A stretch of 64,000 nt of DNA, taken from positions 112,312-176,311 of the IMG/VR virus record IMGVR_UViG_3300007734_000761. One strand, written 5' to 3'. The stretch comes from a virus. The notes below the pieces were generated by a model, which was given only the letters and a program-made list of their open reading frames with translations, was not told where the DNA came from and ran no database searches. The position numbers and the translations under genes are program-made. Positions 1 through 10,426 of the stretch are shown here, piece by piece. The stretch's first letter is position 1. Every line of letters starts with the position of its first letter.

Positions 1-3000
1 ATGAACCAGATGTGCCTGATGAACCTGAACTTCCACTTGTACCAGAAGATCCACTAGATCCTGAGGTGCCAGATGAACCTGAAGTGCCAGAAGAACCACT
101 AGTACCTGATGTACCATTTACTCCGCTTATACCTGATGTTCCTGATGAACCTGATGTTCCTGATGAACCTGATGTTCCTGATGAACCAGAGCTACCTGAA
201 GTTCCTGATGAACCTGATGTTCCACTAGAACCACTTGTTCCACTTGATCCTGAACTACCACTAGTACCTGAAGATCCACTTGAGCCACTAGTACCTGAAG
301 AACCTGAAGTACCTGAAGAACCACTAGTACCTGAACTACCACTTGAGCCAGATGTTCCTGAGCTACCTGATGAACCTGATGTACCTGAAGATCCACTAGT
401 ACCTGAAGAGCCTGAAGTACCTGAAGAACCAGAGCTACCTGAAGTACCTGATGAACCTGATGAACCTGAAGTACCACTTGAACCTGATGTTCCTGAACTG
501 CCAGAAGTACCTGAGCTTCCACTTGAACCTGAAGTTCCTGAACTGCCAGAAGTACCTGAGCTTCCACTTGAACCTGAAGTTCCTGAACTGCCAGAAGTAC
601 CTGAGCTTCCACTTGAACCTGACGTACCACTTGAGCCAGAAGTTCCAGAAGTTCCATTAACTCCACTTATACCTGAAGTGCCTGAAGATCCGGATGTACC
701 TGAACTGCCACTTGAGCCAGATGTACCTGAAGAGCCACTTGAACCTGATGTTCCTGATGAACCTGAAGATCCTGAAGTACCTGATGAACCGCTTGTTCCA
801 CTAGAACCAGATGATCCTGATGTACCTGAACTGCCAGAAGTACCACTTGAACCTGAAGAACCACTTGTTCCACTTGAACCACTTGAACCTGAGGTGCCAC
901 TTGATCCGCTTGTTCCGCTAGAACCCGATGTTCCTGATGAACCACTTGTTCCTGATGAACCGCTTGAACCTGAAGTACCTGATGTACCATTTACTCCGCT
1001 TATACCTGAAGTACCTGAAGATCCTGATGTACCTGAAGAACCTGATGTTCCTGAAGATCCACTTGAGCCAGATGTTCCTGATGAACCTGAGCTGCCTGAG
1101 GTTCCTGAAGAACCGCTAGTACCGCTTGAACCTGAACTTCCACTTGTTCCACTTGAACCTGATGAACCGGAAGTACCACTACTACCGCTTGTACCTGATG
1201 AACCTGATGATCCTGAAGTACCAGATGAGCCACTTGTTCCTGAAGAACCAGATGTCCCTGAACTTCCTGAAGAACCTGATGTTCCACTTGAACCACTTGT
1301 TCCTGATGAACCAGAGCTGCCTGATGTTCCTGAAGAACCTGAGGTTCCTGATGAGCCACTTGTTCCTGATGAACCTGAAGATCCTGAAGTACCTGATGAA
1401 CCGCTTGTTCCTGATGAACCACTAGTACCTGAAGTACCATCTACTCCACTTATACCTGATGTACCACTAGATCCTGAAGATCCTGAAGTACCTGATGAAC
1501 CACTTGAGCCAGATGTTCCTGATGAACCTGATGAACCGCTAGTACCACTTGAACCTGAAGTACCAGATGAACCTGATGTTCCAGAAGAACCACTAGTACC
1601 TGATGATCCACTAGATCCTGAAGTACCAGATGAACCTGATGAACCTGAGGTTCCTGAAGAACCGCTAGTTCCACTTGAACCTGAGGTTCCACTAGAACCC
1701 GATGAACCTGAAGTTCCTGAACTTCCTGATGAACCTGATGTGCCGCTTGAACCGCTAGTACCTGATGAACCTGATGTTCCTGATGAGCCACTAGTTCCTG
1801 AAGAACCGCTTGAACCTGAGGTGCCACTTGAACCACTAGATCCTGAAGTGCCAGATGAACCTGAAGAGCCTGAAGTACCAGATGAACCTGACGTTCCAGA
1901 TGAACCTGAAGTTCCAGATGTACCATTTACACCACTTATACCTGATGTACCACTAGATCCTGAAGATCCTGAAGTACCTGATGAACCTGAAGAACCTGAT
2001 GTTCCTGAAGAACCTGAGGTTCCTGAAGAACCGCTTGAGCCAGAGGAACCTGAAGATCCGCTTGTTCCACTTGAACCTGAAGACCCAGATGTTCCTGATG
2101 AACCTGAACTTCCTGAAGTGCCACTTGAACCAGATGTTCCGGATGAACCACTTGTACCACTTGAACCTGAAGAACCTGAGGTTCCAGATGAACCTGATGA
2201 TCCTGAAGTGCCACTACTTCCACTAGTTCCTGAAGAGCCTGAAGTACCAGATGATCCTGAAGATCCTGAAGTTCCACTTGAACCTGAAGAACCTGAGGTG
2301 CCACTTGAACCTGAAGAACCTGAGGTACCACTTGAACCAGAAGTTCCGCTTGAGCCACTAGTACCTGACGAACCGCTAGTGCCTGATGTACCATCCACAC
2401 CACTTATACCTGAAGTACCTGAGCTACCTGAAGTTCCGGATGAACCACTTGAACCAGAAGTTCCGGATGAACCTGAAGTACCACTAGAGCCTGATGTTCC
2501 TGATGAACCACTTGAACCACTTGTTCCGGATGATCCGGAAGTGCCTGATGAACCACTAGTACCTGACGATCCGCTTGAACCAGACGTTCCTGATGAACCA
2601 CTTGAACCAGAAGTTCCTGAAGAACCGCTAGTTCCACTTGATCCTGAAGTGCCACTTGAACCTGAAGATCCTGATGTTCCTGATGAACCATTTGTTCCAC
2701 TAGAACCAGATGATCCTGATGTGCCAGATGAACCTGAACTACCACTTGTTCCACTTGAACCTGAAGAACCTGAAGTTCCAGATGAACCTGATGAGCCACT
2801 GGTTCCTGAAGAACCAGAAGTTCCGCTTGAGCCACTAGTACCTGATGTACCGTCAACTCCACTTATACCTGAAGTACCTGAGCTACCGCTCGTACCTGAT
2901 GAACCACTTGAGCCAGATGTACCACTAGATCCTGAAGAACCTGATGTTCCACTAGAACCGCTAGTTCCAGATGAGCCTGATGTACCTGAACTTCCACTAG

Positions 3001-6000
3001 TTCCTGATGAACCACTTGAACCACTTGAACCAGAAGTTCCTGAAGAACCACTTGTTCCACTTGAACCACTTGTTCCTGATGAACCTGACGTTCCAGATGA
3101 ACCAGATGTCCCTGAACTTCCTGAAGAACCTGATGTTCCACTTGAACCTGAAGTACCAGATGAACCTGAACTTCCACTAGTTCCTGAAGAACCAGAAGAT
3201 CCTGAAGTACCTGATGAACCTGACGTTCCAGATGAACCTGACGTTCCAGATGAACCTGAGCTACCTGCGGTTCCTGAAGAACCACTTGTCCCAGATGAAC
3301 CAGAAGTACCTGACGTACCATCAACTCCACTTATACCTGAAGTGCCGCTTGAACCTGAAGTACCAGATGAACCTGAACTTCCGCTAGTTCCTGATGAACC
3401 ACTTGAGCCAGATGTACCAGAAGAACCGCTTGTTCCACTTGAACCTGATGTTCCTGAAGAACCTGATGAACCCGAGGTACCTGAACTGCCACTAGTACCT
3501 GATGAACCTGAAGTGCCAGATGAACCTGATGAACCTGAAGTTCCTGAAGAACCTGAGCTGCCTGATGTGCCAGATGAACCTGAGGTTCCTGAAGAACCAC
3601 TAGAACCAGACGTTCCTGAGCTGCCTGATGTACCACTAGAACCGCTAGTGCCTGATGAACCTGAAGATCCTGAAGTGCCTGATGAGCCACTTGAACCACT
3701 TGTACCACTTGAACCTGAAGATCCTGAAGTACCTGATGAACCAGAGGTGCCACTTGAGCCGCTAGTTCCGGATGAACCAGAAGTACCTGACGTGCCATCT
3801 ACTCCACTTATACCTGAAGTACCTGAGCTGCCTGAACTACCTGATGTGCCTGAACTACCAGAGCTGCCTGATGTGCCTGAACTGCCGCTTGAACCAGATG
3901 TACCTGATGAACCACTAGTACCTGAACTACCTGACGTACCACTTGAGCCAGAAGATCCTGAAGTACCAGAACTACCTGACGAACCACTAGTCCCACTTGA
4001 ACCTGAACTTCCACTTGTTCCTGATGAACCTGAACTTCCTGACGTACCACTTGAGCCAGAAGTGCCAGAACTACCTGATGTTCCTGATGAACCACTTGAG
4101 CCAGATGTACCTGATGTGCCATCTACTCCACTTATACCTGAAGTACCACTACTTCCTGAGGAACCAGAAGTACCTGATGAACCACTTGTTCCTGATGAAC
4201 CTGAAGTGCCACTTGATCCACTAGAACCTGATGTTCCTGAAGAACCTGACGTACCACTTGAGCCGCTTGAACCACTTGTTCCACTTGAACCTGATGAACC
4301 TGAAGTACCACTAGAACCAGATGTTCCACTACTACCACTTGTACCATCAATCCCAGAAGTACCTGATGAACCACTTGTGCCTGAACTACCTGATGTTCCT
4401 GATGTTCCGTTTATACCTGAAATTCCAGAAGTTCCTGAGCTGCCACTTGAACCTGAAGTACCACTAGAACCAGAACTACCTGATGTTCCTGAACTTCCTG
4501 AAGAACCTGAGGTTCCACTACTACCACTTGTACCTGATGATCCTGAACTACCTGATGTTCCTGAACTGCCGCTCGTTCCTGATGAACCTGATGTACCTGA
4601 AGATCCTGAAGTGCCTGATGAGCCTGAAGATCCTGAAGTACCGGAACTACCTGAAGTGCCACTTGAACCTGATGTACCACTTGAACCACTAGTGCCTGAG
4701 GATCCTGAAGTACCTGATGAGCCACTAGAACCAGAAGTTCCTGAACTACCTGAAGTTCCTGATGAACCTGATGAACCATCAACTCCACTTAAACCTGAAG
4801 TACCCGAAGTACCAGATGAGCCTGATGAGCCACTAGTACCTGATGATCCACTTGTTCCTGAAGAACCTGAACTACCTGACGTGCCACTTGAGCCAGATGT
4901 TCCCGAACTTCCACTTGAACCACTTGTACCTGATGAACCTGAGCTTCCTGAAGTACCAGACGAACCTGATGTTCCTGAACTTCCGCTAGTTCCACTTGAA
5001 CCTGAACTTCCACTAGTTCCTGAAGAACCGCTTGAGCCAGATGTTCCCGAACTTCCACTAGTTCCTGAAGAACCGCTTGAGCCAGATGTACCTGATGAAC
5101 CACTTGTTCCACTACTTCCTGAAGTGCCAGATGAGCCTGAGCTACCTGAAGTACCAGATGAACCACTTGTTCCTGAGCTTCCGCTTGTACCGGATGAACC
5201 TGATGAACCGCTAGTTCCACTTGAACCTGAACTTCCGCTAGTTCCTGAAGAACCACTTGAGCCAGATGTACCTGACGAACCGCTTGTTCCTGAAGAACCA
5301 CTTGTTCCACTTGAACCAGATGAACCAGATGTTCCTGAGCTTCCACTTGTTCCACTTGAACCTGAAGTACCTGAAGAACCACTTGAACCTGAAGTACCTG
5401 AAGAACCACTTGAGCCAGATGTGCCTGATGAACCGCTAGTTCCTGATGAACCAGATGTTCCACTTGTTCCGCTTGAACCTGATGTTCCTGAAGTGCCAGA
5501 TGAACCGCTAGTACCTGATGAACCACTAGAACCTGATGTTCCACTTGAACCACTTGTACCTGATGAACCAGATGTGCCTGATGAACCTGAGCTGCCACTT
5601 GTACCAGATGAGCCAGATGTTCCTGATGAACCTGACGTGCCTGAACTACCCGAAGTGCCAGAAGAACCAGATGTACCATTTGTACCTGAAGTACCGTTTG
5701 TGCCAGATGTTCCACTAGTTCCTGAAGTTCCTGAACTACCACTAGTTCCTGAGGTTCCTGAACTGCCACTAGTACCTGATGTTCCACTTGTGCCAGATGT
5801 ACTAAAATCAGCTATTGGAGCATATGTAAATTGTCCAGAACTAGTATCATATGTTATAAAATAACCTGATGAAGAGTTTTCACTTACTCCTAAAACTATA
5901 AAAGGATTTGAACCTGAAATTAATAATGATCCAGTAATTACAGCTGAACCTGAAAACGGAAATCCTGCTCCTCCACTACCTGAAGAAGCTATTCCATAAC

Positions 6001-6178
6001 TAACTAATCCTGTTGCTGGATCATATGTTAAATTATATGAGGCTGAAAGATCATTTTCTACTCCAATAAGTGTTAATGGGTTTGAGCCTGAAATTATTAC
6101 ACTCTCACTAATGCTACCTGTAATAGATAAATCATTAGATAAATACCACCCTAACTGTTCTGGTCTTACTCTTGCCAT
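1..6178 (-). CDS. Giant Gly-X-Ser (collagen-like/PPII) repeat protein, probable virion fibre/whisker; 3'-partial, >=2059 aa
   Basis: ATG at 6178 (MARVRPEQLGWYLSNDLSITGS...), 1 nt after the stop of 6180..7409. Frame stays open to the window edge. After ~125 aa it reads G-T-S/G-S-S triplets for ~5.8 kb. Missing from the ORF track because there is no stop in the window. Confidence 0.9.
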   Translation of the reverse strand, partial: MARVRPEQLGWYLSNDLSITGSISESVIISGSNPLTLIGVENDLSASYNLTYDPATGLVSYGIASSGSGGAGFPFSGSAVITGSLLISGSNPFIVLGVSENSSSGYFITYDTSSGQFTYAPIADFSTSGTSGTSGTSGSSGTSGTSGSSGTSGTSGTSGTNGTSGTNGTSGSSGTSGSSGTSGSSGTSGSSGTSGSSGSSGTSGSSGTSGSSGTSGSSGSSGTSGSSGTSGTSGSSGTSGTSGSSGTSGSSGTSGSSGSSGTSGSSGSSGTSGSSGTSGSSGTSGSSGSSGTSGSSGTSGSSGTSGSSGSSGTSGSSGSSGTSGSSGSSGTSGSSGTSGSSGTSGSSGSSGTSGSSGTSGSSGTSGSSGSSGTSGSSGTSGSSGSSGTSGSSGSSGTSGSSGTSGSSGTSGSSGSSGTSGSSGSSGTSGSSGTSGSSGSSGTSGSSGTSGSSGSSGTSGTSGLSGVDGSSGSSGTSGSSGTSGSSGSSGTSGSSGTSGSSGTSGSSGTSGSSGTSGSSGSSGTSGSSGTSGSSGTSGSSGTSGSSGSSGTSGSSGTSGSSGSSGTSGSSGSSGTSGSSGSSGTSGISGINGTSGTSGSSGTSGSSGTSGIDGTSGSSGTSGSSGTSGSSGSSGTSGSSGSSGTSGSSGTSGSSGSSGTSGSSGTSGSSGTSGSSGSSGTSGISGVDGTSGTSGSSGSSGTSGSSGTSGSSGTSGSSGSSGTSGSSGSSGTSGSSGSSGTSGSSGSSGTSGSSGTSGSSGTSGSSGSSGTSGSSGSSGTSGSSGSSGTSGISGVDGTSGTSGSSGTSGSSGTSGSSGTSGSSGSSGTSGSSGSSGTSGSSGSSGTSGSSGTSGSSGTSGSSGSSGTSGSSGTSGSSGSSGTSGSSGSSGTSGSSGTSGSSGTSGSSGSSGTSGSSGTSGSSGTSGSSGSSGTSGSSGSSGTSGSSGTSGISGVDGTSGTSGSSGTSGSSGTAGSSGSSGTSGSSGTSGSSGTSGSSGSSGTSGSSGSSGTSGSSGTSGSSGSSGTSGSSGTSGSSGTSGSSGTSGSSGTSGSSGSSGSSGTSGSSGTSGSSGTSGSSGTSGSSGSSGTSGSSGSSGTSGSSGTSGISGVDGTSGTSGSSGTSGSSGTSGSSGSSGTSGSSGSSGTSGSSGSSGTSGSSGSSGTNGSSGTSGSSGSSGTSGSSGTSGSSGTSGSSGSSGTSGSSGSSGTSGSSGTSGSSGTSGSSGSSGTSGSSGTSGSSGTSGSSGSSGTSGSSGTSGISGVDGTSGTSGSSGTSGSSGTSGSSGTSGSSGSSGTSGSSGSSGTSGSSGSSGTSGSSGTSGSSGTSGSSGSSGTSGSSGSSGTSGSSGTSGSSGTSGSSGSSGTSGSSGSSGTSGSSGSSGSSGSSGTSGSSGTSGSSGSSGTSGSSGSSGTSGISGVNGTSGTSGSSGTSGSSGTSGSSGSSGTSGSSGSSGTSGSSGSSGTSGSSGTSGSSGTSGSSGTSGSSGSSGTSGSSGSSGTSGSSGTSGSSGTSGSSGSSGTSGSSGSSGTSGSSGTSGSSGTSGSSGTSGSSGSSGTSGSSGSSGTSGSSGSSGTSGISGVDGTSGTSGSSGTSGSSGTSGSSGSSGTSGSSGTSGSSGTSGSSGSSGTSGSSGTSGSSGSSGTSGSSGTSGSSGTSGSSGSSGTSGSSGTSGSSGSSGTSGSSGSSGTSGSSGTSGSSGSSGTSGSSGSSGTSGSSGTSGSSGTSGISGVNGTSGTSGSSGSSGTSGSSGTSGSSGTSGSSGTSGSSGSSGTSGSSGSSGTSGSSGTSGSSGSSGTSGSSGTSGSSGSSGTSGSSGSSGTSGSSGSSGTSGSSGTSGISGVNGTSGTSGSSGTSGSSGSSGTSGSSGTSGSSGSSGTSGSSGTSGSSGSSGTSGSSGTSGSSGTSGSSGSSGTSGSSGSSGTSGSSGTSGSSGTSGSSGSSGTSGSSGSSGTSGSSGTSGSSGTSGSSGSSGTSGSSGSSGTSGSSGTSGSSGTSGSSGSSGTSGSSGTSGSSGTSGISGVNGTSGTSGSSGTSGSSGTSGSSGSSGTSGSSGSSGTSGS
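477..620. repeat. Three near-perfect 45-bp tandem copies inside the Gly-X-Ser gene
   Basis: cttgaacctga(t/a)gttcctgaactgccagaagtacctgagcttcca at 477, 522 and 567. Confidence 0.85.
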
Positions 6179-6179
6179 C

Positions 6180-7409
6180 TTATTGGAATTTTCCTATTAT
6201 TAATACAGAATCTGGGTTAGGGCTTGAAGGTGAATTTAATTCAAATCCTAAACCAGACAATGATGTGTTAAACGTAAATACTATATCATTTCCAATTTGT
6301 TGTAAATTAAAGAAATTAGGTTCTGTGTTAATTCCGTTTATTAATACAATAAATTGATTTTTTCCTGTTGGTGGTAATGGGTCAGGAGCAACCATAATTT
6401 GTTTACCATATAAAGTAGCTTGATTCGTACTAGTTACAATAGCTAAAGCTGAATTATTTGTATTTAAATATTGTGATACTGCTGCAAATGATGCTGGGGT
6501 TATTATTGGTGGACTTAGTGGATTCACATTCGTTATTTTTGGTTTTTTTACATTTACTGGAATTATTAAATCATCTACTGCATATTCGTTAAAAATTACT
6601 TGACCTTTACTTACATATGCCATATCATGTGATAAATATGCATTTATAGTGTCGGGTATTAAATAACCATGTAATTTCATTGTGATTTTACTAACAACAG
6701 TTCTTTCTTCTTCTGCTGAGTATTGAACAGATGTTGGAAAAGACTCTATATTTACTCTAAAATAATAACGATTTTTATCTCCCCAATAACTATTTTCAGC
6801 ATATTGTACAGCTTCAAGTATTCTATTGGATTGTTCTACAAAATCTGCATAAATATTTAATTCATATGTAATAGTAACATAATCTGGGTGTGCTACCACC
6901 ATCATTTCTTTTACTGGTTGGCGATTATTTAACACATTAAAATTATCATAAGCATTTTTATTGGTAAATTGTCTTTCAAAAACATGAACGTTTTGAGCTA
7001 AATTACCATCAAGATTTCTACCTACATTACGATTTTTTGTTACATCTGTTCTGTTAACTACAATAAGAGGAGCAATAATTTTACCACTTACATCACGTAA
7101 AAATCCTTCTTTTTGCATTGCTACCCATCTTTCAGGATAAGCATATATTACAGGAACATCAATAAGTTCTGTATTACTGTATACTGTAGGTTTAATGTTA
7201 TTTTTAATATGTTCTAATACAGCCGTATCAATATCAATTAATTTAACACTAAAATTTTTCTCTCTAGTGCCTTTTTGTGATACTTTTAAAGCTCTATTAG
7301 GTTTACTAACCATAGGCTCTTTACCATAACTAGCAAGTTCATAAGGTACAATTTTATCTTGTACTTCTTGTGCGGGAGTTTTAGGTATAGGTTTTCTTAC
7401 TTGAGCCAT
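6180..7409 (-). CDS. Tail terminator/sheath stabilizer (T4 gp15-like) with C-terminal extension
   Basis: VPVIYAYPERW and HPDYVTITYELNIY motifs; follows the neck genes. Confidence 0.65.
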   Translation of the reverse strand: MAQVRKPIPKTPAQEVQDKIVPYELASYGKEPMVSKPNRALKVSQKGTREKNFSVKLIDIDTAVLEHIKNNIKPTVYSNTELIDVPVIYAYPERWVAMQKEGFLRDVSGKIIAPLIVVNRTDVTKNRNVGRNLDGNLAQNVHVFERQFTNKNAYDNFNVLNNRQPVKEMMVVAHPDYVTITYELNIYADFVEQSNRILEAVQYAENSYWGDKNRYYFRVNIESFPTSVQYSAEEERTVVSKITMKLHGYLIPDTINAYLSHDMAYVSKGQVIFNEYAVDDLIIPVNVKKPKITNVNPLSPPIITPASFAAVSQYLNTNNSALAIVTSTNQATLYGKQIMVAPDPLPPTGKNQFIVLINGINTEPNFFNLQQIGNDIVFTFNTSLSGLGFELNSPSSPNPDSVLIIGKFQ

Positions 7410-8023
7410 TATTGTATTTTATAAGGTAAAATATTAAGTTTAATAGGTCTAGTCATTATTGTATCTAATTCAAATACTAAACTTTGACCTCTTTTATTTA
7501 AACTACTACTTTCAAAATTAGAAGCACCATAGATATATTGATCATCATTACCGAAATCAATCCAGTTTTCGTTTACATTATAAACTTCATAGTATCTTTC
7601 TCTATCTAAAATAATGTCTCCTACTTCAGGCATTACTCCAATTTTAAGCATCATTTCATGTACAAACCAGAATTGAGATTTTTGTGTATTACTTACACCA
7701 TAATCTTCTACTATTTGAAGTTCATCACCTCTATCAATATAACATTTAATAAGAACAGGTTGATAGTACCATTTTGAAGTACTTTCACCATAGATATTTG
7801 TAGATGAATTAGTAGCACTTATTTTATAATAAGGCACTTGCATTGACATTAATCTTTTATAAGCTTCTGTAATAGAAGTTACTTGAAAATCAATGTCATT
7901 ACCTGGAGCAAAGGGCATAGGTCTAGCTAATCCATCTGGTTGAGATGGTAAAGCTTCATAATCACCGGGGGTGGTAACTTTTTGGCCTGGTACTCTGAAA
8001 AATGCTCCTGGTTTGTTAGTCAT
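7409..8023 (-). CDS. Neck/head-closure protein (T4 gp14-like)
   Basis: NIYGES..K.Y, PEVGDII...RYYEV motifs; synteny. Confidence 0.65.
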   Translation of the reverse strand: MTNKPGAFFRVPGQKVTTPGDYEALPSQPDGLARPMPFAPGNDIDFQVTSITEAYKRLMSMQVPYYKISATNSSTNIYGESTSKWYYQPVLIKCYIDRGDELQIVEDYGVSNTQKSQFWFVHEMMLKIGVMPEVGDIILDRERYYEVYNVNENWIDFGNDDQYIYGASNFESSSLNKRGQSLVFELDTIMTRPIKLNILPYKIQ

Positions 8024-9624
8024 TATAGAATGTAAATAGGTGAAGGTAAAGGTATATTATTCATAATAGCATTGTTAGCATCATCTTCAGCTTTTTGTCT
8101 TTCTAACTGTTTTTGTTTTGAAGTTTCATCTAATAAAACTCTAAGTTCTTCTAATAATGCTGCTTTATCTGCTTGAGATTGACTCATCAAATCACTACTA
8201 GACATAGCTCCTACTTTTGGAACTTCTGCTGCAGGATATTTACCTCTTGAATAACCTAAAATCTCTTTACAAATTGCTAATACATACCTCATAATCCATG
8301 ATTTACCTATTGAATTAATTCTAGAATATGTTGGGTTTGCATAAGGTACATTAGATACATCTGTTATGATAGGTTTATCATACGGAGGAACGTTACTATT
8401 TTGATTTTGGTTTTGTTGTAAAACATCACTTTCTTTAGCAAACTCAAGCCATAATTTATTTCCATTTCCTGGAGGAATAGGGAATATAGTAAGTATATTA
8501 TTATTTACACTAAAACTATATCCATTGTATCTTACATCCATCTGCATATTCCATTCTTGTATTCTTTGTATGTCAAAATACACAGGCCACTGAATGTATG
8601 AATTATATCCATATCCACCATAAAATCCAAACATATCAGCGGTAGCACCTACACCTCCTAAACCAGGGTATGGGCTTGTCATCCATGCTTGAGCAGGAGG
8701 AGCTTGATAAAATACTCTAACTACTACAGGATTATCTTTTAAACTAATAAGACTTTCACTAACAAACAATGTTTTTAAGTCATACGTTTGTTGACCATCT
8801 ATTAGGTCAATACTCGCGCTATATACTGGAATATCGCGTATGAAAGCTTGGTCCGCATAATTATTGGCGATTCTTATAGTTCCACCTAAAGTTCGGTCAA
8901 TAAGTCGAGTATTCATATTATAATCTGACTTATAAGCTATATATTGTACTACTTGAGTTGTAGGTGTTATACTAGCATTAGGATCTACATCTAAAATATA
9001 ATTATTATTTACATAACTAGCAGATACATAAAAATAATCTGCAGAATTAATAAAAGGAAGAGGATTTTTTACAACAAAATAAACATTTCCACCTTTCATG
9101 TAAGTATATTGGGGTAAAAAATTACCACACTGATTTTCAATGCCAAAAGATTGTACTAAACTGAAGTCAGCTCTAGACATTGATGGAATAACACTAGCAG
9201 AAACTACATAAAATATACTTCCACTATTAATAGCCCATTGCATTTCTGGGGCCGATGTAAAATCTGAAGCTACAGCTACTTCTGGTGGGCTAAACGATAA
9301 AGAAGCATTAAAGTAACTTACATTATATTCACATAAAAAACTATCTGTGTAACTACCTTCTATTGATAAGTAGTTTTCTCTTACTTTATAAAGATAAACT
9401 TCATTACCATAAGTAGTTACTGCTTCTTCCATAGCAGCATATATTTGAAAATCTACAAGTTCAACGTCAACTACACCAAAACCTAAACGTCGGGTTACAT
9501 AAAAACAAGCACGTTGTGCATCGTTTTGAAACGTTGGATCATTATCATAGTAACCGAAAGGAGTATTACCAGGAACTGGTAATAGATCGGATGTGGATAG
9601 GGCGTAATTGTAATCTTGAGACAT
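8023..9624 (-). CDS. Neck/head-tail adaptor protein (T4 gp13-like)
   Basis: RRLGFGVVDVEL...QI and WIMRYVLAICKEILGYSRGKY motifs. Confidence 0.75.
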   Translation of the reverse strand: MSQDYNYALSTSDLLPVPGNTPFGYYDNDPTFQNDAQRACFYVTRRLGFGVVDVELVDFQIYAAMEEAVTTYGNEVYLYKVRENYLSIEGSYTDSFLCEYNVSYFNASLSFSPPEVAVASDFTSAPEMQWAINSGSIFYVVSASVIPSMSRADFSLVQSFGIENQCGNFLPQYTYMKGGNVYFVVKNPLPFINSADYFYVSASYVNNNYILDVDPNASITPTTQVVQYIAYKSDYNMNTRLIDRTLGGTIRIANNYADQAFIRDIPVYSASIDLIDGQQTYDLKTLFVSESLISLKDNPVVVRVFYQAPPAQAWMTSPYPGLGGVGATADMFGFYGGYGYNSYIQWPVYFDIQRIQEWNMQMDVRYNGYSFSVNNNILTIFPIPPGNGNKLWLEFAKESDVLQQNQNQNSNVPPYDKPIITDVSNVPYANPTYSRINSIGKSWIMRYVLAICKEILGYSRGKYPAAEVPKVGAMSSSDLMSQSQADKAALLEELRVLLDETSKQKQLERQKAEDDANNAIMNNIPLPSPIYIL

Positions 9625-9639
9625 AGTCGATGATAAATA

Positions 9640-10353
9640 TTAATCTCTTAATGTTTTATAAATTTCTAAGATTGGTTCTACTATTGGATGGCGATGATTT
9701 GTTTTAAGATGAAAATGACTAACACCATCAATAGCAGCTACTGCTTTACTTACAAAATATAATCCTGAGTCTTTTTTGAATTTTAAGTCAATTTGTCCAA
9801 CATCACCAACAATACACATTTTTGATCCTTCACATAAACGAGTAATAGCAAGTTCCATTTGTGAATCGGTAATGTTTTGAGCTTCATCTAAAATAATAAA
9901 GCTATTACTAAAATTTCGACCTCTCATAAAAGCAAATGGAATAATTTCTATTCTTCCTTCAGCAAACTCTTTATCGATTTTTTCTTTATTGTATAATCGA
10001 TACATGTTATCATAGATAGGGGCAATAAATGGATCTAATTTATCTTTTAATCCACCTGGAAGAAAACCAATGTCTTCTTTAGCTGTTACTACAGGTCTAG
10101 CTACAATAATCTTTTCTATTTCTTTGTTAAACAATAAATCTAAAGCTGCTTGACAAGCTACTAATGTTTTACCACTACCTGCAGCACCTGTTAATACTGA
10201 AATTGTGTTGTCGTAAATAATTCCTTTTGCTTGTTTTTGTTCTTGATTTAAAGATACATTAAATTTGATTGGATTTTTTGGTTTACGTTTTTCTTTAAAT
10301 TTGTCGTGGTGAGTTGCTACTGCATTTACCACACTTTCTACATTATTGTCCAT
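9640..10353 (-). CDS. phoH: PhoH-family ATPase
   Basis: GAAGSGKT, AFMRGRNF, ILDEAQN, GDVGQID, RHPIV; probable start is the ATG at 10353. Confidence 0.93.
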   Translation of the reverse strand: MDNNVESVVNAVATHHDKFKEKRKPKNPIKFNVSLNQEQKQAKGIIYDNTISVLTGAAGSGKTLVACQAALDLLFNKEIEKIIVARPVVTAKEDIGFLPGGLKDKLDPFIAPIYDNMYRLYNKEKIDKEFAEGRIEIIPFAFMRGRNFSNSFIILDEAQNITDSQMELAITRLCEGSKMCIVGDVGQIDLKFKKDSGLYFVSKAVAAIDGVSHFHLKTNHRHPIVEPILEIYKTLRD

Positions 10354-10376
10354 AACTTTGTGTGGCAATAAATATG

Positions 10377-10403
10377 AAAAAAAGACCCGCCGAAGCGGGT
10401 CTT
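10377..10403 (-). terminator. Intrinsic terminator after the major capsid gene
   Basis: AAGACCCGC-TTCG-GCGGGTCTT followed by a T-run on the minus strand. Confidence 0.9.
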
Positions 10404-10426
10404 AATTAATTTAGATCAGACTATGA

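Noticed and set aside
127-5787. Series of Val/Gln/Leu/His-rich minus ORFs and Asn/Leu/Met + ORFs
   Set aside because: Alternative frames of the same repeat; the minus-frame stops come from the marker motifs
1-5800. CRISPR-like or non-coding tandem array
   Set aside because: The 9-bp periodicity varies at synonymous positions, and there is no constant repeat with unique spacers
12-5864. 1950-aa Pro/Glu/Asp/Val/Leu ORF on the + strand
   Set aside because: Antisense shadow of the Gly-X-Ser gene: each Pro codon mirrors a Gly codon. It opposes every other gene, while the minus frame has a coupled ATG and a non-repetitive N-terminus.
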